Made by a program: the position numbers and the translations under genes. This document shows positions 57,061 through 64,000 of a stretch of DNA of 64,000 bases, piece after piece (within the stretch, counting starts at the first letter, position 1; each line of letters opens with the position of its first letter). The notes beneath the pieces were generated by a model, which saw only the letters and a list, made by a program, of their open reading frames with translations, was not told the DNA's origin and searched no databases. Origin of the DNA: Salisapilia sapeloensis CBS 127946 (Eukaryota > Protista > Oomycota); contig JAADVB010000058.1 of the NCBI GenBank assembly GCA_023334545.1, positions 1 to 64,000 on the forward strand, given 5' to 3'.

Positions 57061-59487
57061 CTAGTCTTTCAAATCATCTTCAAACGTATCCTCCACTTGC
57101 ACATCCACATCCTCCGGATCCGCTGTGGCGGCACCTTCAATCACAAGCACACTCCCGTGCTTGGTATACTTTGGTGACTGCTCCATACTCTTCACTCGCG
57201 TCAACGCCTTGAGTTGAGGACTTAACGGTGGTTTTTCTTCCTCTTCCTCTTCCTCCTCCTCCTCTTCCGCTGTATTGGTAAACTTTAGTGCGCCCATGAG
57301 ACTCAACGCCTTGATCTTCTTTCGAGCTCGCTTCCACTTGGCATGTGCCGTCAGCTTGGCATTCAAGCGGAATCCTTCCATGAACTCATTAATGTCAATC
57401 TTATTATCTCGACCAAAGTCCATCATCTTCATCAGCGTCGCAGGAGACGGAAGCTCTTGCTGCGCTTCGCTCGGAAGCTTTTCGTTCAGCATCTTGACAG
57501 CCATCTCCAAGTCTTCTAACGTCACCGTTCCATCGCCATCATGATCTAGCATACGGAACAAGGCTTCCAATCGACTGCGATGGCGGTAGAGACTATTAAA
57601 CGCACGTCGACGTTGCATGTGCTCTTCTTCCGACAACGCTGGATCACGTTGTCCCTGGGCGTTGTATCGGTTCAAAAACTCTGCGTAGGAGACTTTGCCC
57701 TCGTCATCCAAGACGGTCAAGAGCGGCTGCAACGCTCGCCAGTCTAACGAAAGGTCCAAGGATGCTTCGAGTATGTCACACCACTGCTGCAACGTGACTT
57801 TACCAGTGAGTTCTGTATCACACTTGACAAACTCTTCTTCCAAGTCATCTCTTGTCTCAAGAATGAGTGAGAAGAGTCCGTCAAGATTCGACACAGCCAT
57901 GTCACGAGCTTCGACACTTGCCATATACTGGAAGAAAGCAGGTTTACTAGACTTGTCGGACGGAATACGCATGAAACAACCGAGGTTGTTCGCTTTGCCG
58001 CAATAGTTGGAAGCTGAGAAGAGAGTGACGAGCATACCCTTGTCTCCGTATGGCCAGTGGAAACCTTTTGGGACACACTCGTGCGAACGAACGATTAGTG
58101 CGAGCTTGTTTTTATGCATAAACTTATGCACGAGGTCTGGACCGTACGTGATCCCTGCACCACGTGCGTTCTCTGTCCAGCCTCGAGCACGCTGTGGGTC
58201 GCTCCATAGCAAATCCCGCATGAGGTTCATTCGACGCCACGCTTCTTTATGGTCTCTCTTGCTTATCTTGGAGCGGTAGCGGGATAGGTCGTACTCTGTC
58301 CGGTCCATTTGATTAAGTTCGTGTAGATCGATGCAGTCGCGACCGATGCCTCCATGCAGCACAAGAACTCGTTGGTCCAAGAGCGTCGCGAGCGGCAGCC
58401 ATTGGAATGACTGGCAGAAGAGCTCGTACACTTCGATATCGTACTTGGTCTCGCACTCTTTCATAAAGCCAAAGACTTGTGTAATGGAGAAATCTTCGTG
58501 ATTGCCACGATTGATGAGCACGTGATCGGGATACAAGAGCTTAAAGAGGTAGACGATGACCATGAGTTCAACGCCACGGTCTCCTCGGTCGACAATATCG
58601 CCATTAAAGAGGTACGGGTTGCTCTCGGACGGAAGTCCGTTTTCCCGGAAGATGAGAAGGAGGTCGTCTAGCTGGCCATGGAGGTCTCCGATGACTGTGA
58701 TGTGATTTGCCTCGATCTTGTACTCGACCAGCGTCGAGATCTTGGACAGGATCGGCGTGATTTCCCTCAAGACACGGACGACGACGTGACGTGGGATCTT
58801 GCGACCTTGACGACAGGACTCGATTAAGTCCTCTGCATTCTGAAGTGTAATCTGCGCGTCTAGATCGGACGTTTGGTGGTACATATCCGAGATATCAATC
58901 TGTCCAACGAGACTTTGGGACGTCGGATCATTCGCGTCTGAATCCGAGTCTGAACCGGAATTATCACTTGCTGAAGCCTGCGCTTTCTTCTTCTCATGCA
59001 CTTCAGGCATATGGGCCGAAAGCGTATCGAGAAAGACGGATAATTCCAACTAGTACATGTCAATGTCTTGTACTCGGAATACAATCACAAAGATATCATA
59101 CCACTTCAGATTCTTCCCTGTTTTCTAGATCGTTAAACAACTTCCAATTTGAGATCACATCTTCCCCAGATTGTTTCTTCGTGGGTGCTACAAGTGGAGC
59201 CAATCAATATGATTCGCTTTGGCAGGTACGACAAGGATGTATAGGAAAGCGACGTACTTGATGGTTCTTGAGATGAAGGTGATGGAGGGATAGATGAAGA
59301 GTGTGAATGCTCTAGTTCAGATTCTTCACCTTGACTTTCAGCCGTTGACTTTTCACGCCTAAAGACGCAGAAAGTGAATAAAATAAGCAGGACGAAGGAT
59401 ACGACTATAAAAACAAAGGAACAACTTTTGCAACGATCTCTTCTGCTTTGACTCTCGCTGTTGTTCGTGGGAAGACTTGTTCCCCAT
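57061..59487 (-). CDS. PPEF: PPEF/RdgC-type PPP phosphatase with EF-hands (multi-exon 5' end)
   Basis: GDLHGQ, GDIVDRG, NRGNHE, SASNY; C-terminal EF-hands DHDGDGTVTLED and DFGRDNKIDINEF; upstream exons give MGNKSS and WKLFNDLENREES. The first splice donor is uncertain. Confidence 0.88.
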
Positions 59488-60235
59488 GGCCGCTTAAGCG
59501 CTATGACCCGAGGTGAAGCAAATACTGATGTGGCGAATAACAGGATGGCATTCTAGATTTCGATTTATTACCTTCTATTTATCGTCACATTTATATGTTT
59601 TATAATATTGGTTTTGAAGGACAGATTAGATATGTACCACATACCTTTGTGTGGGAATGGATACACTTTTACTACAGAATGCCCCCGAATGGAGTCAGAT
59701 GCAGGTGAGATGTAGTAACCTGGAGAGTATCGTCTGTAGATGCTTTCTTCAAGCGGCAAGTGGCTTAAAAGGGCCGATATTCAACTAGATATTGTGTCTG
59801 TGCGTTGTTCTTGATATCGGTATGGTTGTCATGAGTTAGAGTGTTCATGATGGAAGGATCGCTGCGAGTCCCACGGTGAAATACCGTCGAGTCCCATTGA
59901 CTACAGTCGATGGAATGAAGCATCCAGGGCGATTAGGTAGGCGTGGTATTCCACCTGGACTATCATTTGCTTGAAGCTTATAATCTTTCAAAATTTCCCC
60001 AGGCTGCCATAACACAATGGTATCCCTTCTGGAAGGACACTATCAGCCGTGGAAACCCCCACTCTCTTCCTACTAGCCCCCTCTCTTAATTCCTCTTCAC
60101 TACTCTATATCCCTTCTTTCCTTAGCGATACAAATGTAGGATCGTAGATTAAAGTAACCAAGAAACACAGGAATTAAACTAAAGAAAAACCATTTTCATT
60201 CAAATGAAACCCAACGTCCGCATGCTTCCTCGAGC

Positions 60236-63200
60236 TTAATCTCCCATGCTCTGGAAGGCCTGTTCAATCTCTTCATTCAAGTTGGCAAAGAACTGACGTA
60301 GCTCTTGTTCCGGTTGCTTCGGTAGTTGGAACTTGGTCTGAATAATCTTCTGCAGCACGGGATTCATCTCGTTCCGAATCTGTGCCCACGTGATCTTAGC
60401 ATCCGCTGGTGAATCCGCAATCGCCTTTTGACTCAAGTCATAGAAAAGCACAATCGACCGGAGCATACCGACACTTTTGACAAGTGGACAAGTGTAGTCA
60501 TAATCCGAGAAAGCATTCTGTTGCAAAAAGTCTTCTCGCAAGACTTTTGCAACTTCCATAATGACTTTCTGATCTTCACTAAGACTTTCCTTTCCGACCA
60601 ATTGGACAATCTCGGTCAGATTATCTTCCTTCTGAAGAATATCTTGACACTTTGTACGTAGCGAAGAGTATTCGCTATCGATCTCATTAAAGAAAGGTTC
60701 CAAGACACCCATGTACTTGGTGTAGCTCATGAGCCAATTCACACTTGGGAAGTGCTTGCGCTGTGCTAGTTTCTTGTCTAGTCCCCAGAAGACTTGGACA
60801 ATGCCAAGCGTCGCAGCAGTCACAGGATCTGAGAAGTCTCCACCAGGAGGACTCACGGCGCCCACGACCGTCACACTACCTTCACGATTCGGACTGCCGA
60901 GACAAGACACACGGCCAGCACGCTCGTAGAAAGCTGCGAGACGTGCGCTGAGGTACGCAGGGTACCCAGAGTCGGCTGGCATCTCTCCCAATCGACCAGA
61001 CATCTCACGCAAAGCTTCTGCCCATCGAGAAGTCGAGTCAGCCATCATCGACACGTTCATACCTTGATCACGGAAGTACTCGGCGAGCGTGATGCCAGTG
61101 TAGATACTCGCTTCACGTGCCGCCACAGGCATGTTACTCGTATTCGCGACAAGCGCCGTACGTTTCATGATCGGCACTTCTTTACCATCAACAGACATGG
61201 TGAGTTCCGGGAAGTCATTCAGGACTTCGGCCATCTCGTTCCCGCGTTCACCACAGTTGTGGACAAGTGCCATGTTCGCGAGGAGGAACTGATGGTCACT
61301 GTCGTTAGAGAGCGTGAGGCCGAAGAAGTCGTCCGCAGGCTTCTGGACGAGAGAGAAGCGGTACGACTGAGGGAGACGGTCGCAAGGAACAGGAGACATG
61401 TAGTGCGACTTGGAGTGCGAGAGGACGGAACGAAGAAGGTTGGCATCGTTCGAGGTTTTCGCACCGAGAGATAGTCCGTCGGAGGTCACCTGGCAGACGA
61501 GACCGAGAGAACGAGAGAGCTGGAGAAGGCTCTGGACGAAGGAATCCTTACGAGGACGGATAAGAGCACTGACACTCGACTCGTCCACCACTCCAGCAAC
61601 GTCAATGAAGGCAGCCAGGATGTTCTCACGAACGCACATGTCGTCCAAAGACAAGGAAGACGGGATGCTATCCTTCATCTTCATCGCCTGCATCACCTCC
61701 TCTAGATGCACTGGCATGATGTCAGTGGCAAGAGAGTGACCGAGGTCGTACGCGACATCCTCTAGCTTTTCCTGTACGGACAAGCCCTTGAGGACAGAAG
61801 ACAGACGAGAGCTCTCATAGAGCACAGGAGACAGGAGTTGCTTCGTCTCCCGACGCACGTGGGCGTGAACAAGTGATAGATCACGTGCTTCCAACGTCCA
61901 TTCCAAGTGCTCAGGCAAGGACGCGACAAACGTCGACGCTTCAGATGTAGTAGCAAAGGTCTTGGTCGTCGGATGGACTAGACCGATGACACGGCCATCC
62001 GACGTGATCGTCTGCATCTGCTGCAAGTACGACACGTGCGTAGTTTCTTGCTCCGCGACTTGGCGAGTACGTAGGACGAGGATGTGCGTGGCATTACACG
62101 TATACAGGACACTATCTCCTTGCAAGTCATGGATCAAAACGTCATACATGGTCTCCACGCCTCTCGGTAGAGCCGTTACGAGTCGTCCATGACCGTCTTT
62201 GCCCATGACCGACTCTCCTTCCACCACATCCTCCACGTTTCTTTCATCTCCGTTACTCATGAGCACCTTGGTGCCTCTCGCAAAGCACCCTACGTACACG
62301 ATCGCATCCGAGTTACTATGCTTACTCAGCGCTTGGGAAATGACCGTCTTGCCACATCCAAAAGCGCCTGGTACAGCACAGGTACCTCCCAGGACGGAAG
62401 GGAAGAGCGCGTCGATGACACGTTGACCAGTCTGCAGTGCGACGTTGCCCGCTAGCTTCTCCGTGACCGGACGAGGCTTTCGCACGGGCCACAAGTGCGA
62501 CAGACCGAGCTTGTGGGTGGCGCCAGTGGTGTCGTCTCGGACTTCGAGGACCGTGTCCTGCAGGTTGAAGGTCTCATGTCCGTCCGTTCCGTCGCCATAG
62601 ACCTTGACGACCGTGCCGTAGATGTTCGGTGGACACATGATCTTGTGCGAGTGGATGATGTCGTTCTCGTGAACAAAGCCAAACACATCTCCGCCCGAGA
62701 TCGGGTCGCCCTCCTTGAAGTTCTGAGGTCGGAAGCGCCATTGTTTGTCGGCTGCGAGGGCCGGGACGTCGACGCCACGAGGGACGTAGACGTCCTTGGA
62801 CAGCTCCGCGATGGATTCCAACGGACGCTGGATGCCGTCGAAAATGTTGTCGACGATACCAGGACCTAGTTCCACCGAAAGAGGAGACTTTCGACGTTCG
62901 ACAGGATCTCCGACGGTTAGTCCAGCTGCACGAGGAGAAGATTTGCATCGTTTAGAAGTGTTGATCGGTTAGTAGGAAGATATGGAAAGTAAATCATTAG
63001 AAAGGAACGTACAGGTGTCTTCGTAGACTTGGATAGACGCGTTGGTACCTTCCAGCCGAATGATTTCACCCACGAGCTTGTCGTGTCCGACACGCACCAG
63101 CTCGTACATGGCCGCTCCATGCATATTCTCCGCAATTACCACTACACATATATGTAAATATATATATCTCTACATCTATCTCCTATCATTCATAAAACGC

Positions 63201-63274
63201 GTACGAGGTCCGGAGACTTTAAAGACGTATCCATAATCCGCCTCCTTCTCATTCTCTCCGAGTACATGCGCCAT
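60236..63274 (-). CDS. VMA1: V-type H+-ATPase catalytic subunit A precursor containing an intein (exons 63274-63205, 63141-63013, 62925-60236)
   Basis: [23 protein letters not shown]; P-loop GAFGCGKT; [47 protein letters not shown]. Confidence 0.97.
61256..62287 (-). mobile_element. VMA1 (VDE/PI-SceI-like) intein, 344 aa, degenerate LAGLIDADG homing endonuclease
   Basis: In-frame insert between VYVG and CGERGNEM; starts [10 protein letters not shown], contains block B TCNATH, ends [26 protein letters not shown] followed by Cys+1. Confidence 0.96.
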
Positions 63275-63497
63275 CTTCCGCTCGATCTTTTGTTCCTCCG
63301 TGTGACTTGAAGAAAGTATTAAAAGGTATATAATTGGATAAAATACATGATAATAATACCCAATGAAATAAGTGTATTTTATTGGTTCTCGACACAAACA
63401 CATTTGAGCATCTCAAGACCGACAAGGAACGGACTTGGGCGACTTGTACTTGTCTTTAACAGTAGATACGTACATTCGCATTGGATCAGGATCAAAT

Positions 63498-64000
63498 ATG
63501 GAGACGCCTGGAGATGTGTCCAAAACGACAGGCTCTGCTGCAACGTCTGTGACAAGTAAGAAGGCTGTGAATCTTATCATTGATTCCGGCGCGATTATTA
63601 AAGGCGCTGATCTCGCTTCTCTAGCAGAGGTATATACTTGTATGTGTTGCAGGATCTAGTTCTCCTTACTGACTACCGTGTGTGTGTCTTCTAGACGTTC
63701 TGGACTGTACCGGATGTGATTAGTGAGATTCGAGATGAACGCTCGAGACGCATGTTCCGTCGACTACCGTTCGAAGTGAAGACGAGAGAGCCATCGGCTG
63801 CTGCCATGAACGCCGTCGTAGATTTCTCCAAGAAAACCGGCGACTACGCTTTCCTCTCTCTTCCTGACTTACGTGTCTTGGCACTCACATACATGATCGA
63901 GACGGAAGCCAATGGCACTTCCCACTTGCGAACAGAACCATCCAGAGCGAACGATACGAGTAAAGTGGCGTGCAAGTTCTACAACGGTCCCAAGGGCTGT
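63498..64000 (+). CDS. NOB1: NOB1 PIN-domain 20S pre-rRNA endonuclease (5' partial; intron 63630-63694)
   Basis: LIIDSGAII|..TVPDVISEIRD..REPS..FSKKTGDYAFLSLPDLRVLAL. Confidence 0.88.

Noticed and set aside
59700-60110. Polypurine-tract-like run and a QYLVEY chromodomain-like fragment suggesting an LTR retrotransposon end
   Set aside because: No LTR pair, RT, RNase H or integrase motifs were found nearby.
60236-63274. Whole VMA1 locus as yeast contamination
   Set aside because: It has the same short GT-AG intron style as its neighbours, GC content unlike budding yeast, and is contiguous with PPEF, NOB1 and a flagellar gene. Read-level confirmation is still needed.
1-64000. CRISPR arrays, rRNA, snRNA, telomeric repeats, intact transposons
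   Set aside because: None recognised by eye; a covariance-model and repeat-library search was not possible.

Overview
Eukaryotic, oomycete-like (stramenopile) nuclear DNA. This assignment is inferred from the gene content (FBT transporter, START-FYVE protein, Kazal and CAP secretome genes, PDI-C, flagellar CFAP45) and from short GT-AG introns, mostly 53-65 nt. Tight blocks of housekeeping genes (SEL1L, RhoGAP, COQ4, AGC kinase, ALG8, PDI-C, CFAP45, PPEF, V-ATPase A, NOB1) alternate with AT-richer spacers that hold dispersed secreted Kazal inhibitors (6 loci, 1 broken), CAP/SCP genes (4 loci, 2 broken) and decayed coding remnants. Three features stand out. (1) A 344-aa yeast-VDE-like intein sits at the canonical VMA1 site of the V-ATPase A gene, with intact splicing residues and a decayed LAGLIDADG endonuclease. 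(2) A spliced gene fuses a CENP-B/psq-type HTH domain to a catalytically degenerate uracil phosphoribosyltransferase fold. (3) A secreted EGF protein carries Gly-rich beta-repeats and a phage-tail-fibre-type self-cleaving S74 chaperone. An inverted pair of tRNA-Pro(CGG) genes is also present. All family calls come from motif recognition by eye; no database searches were run.
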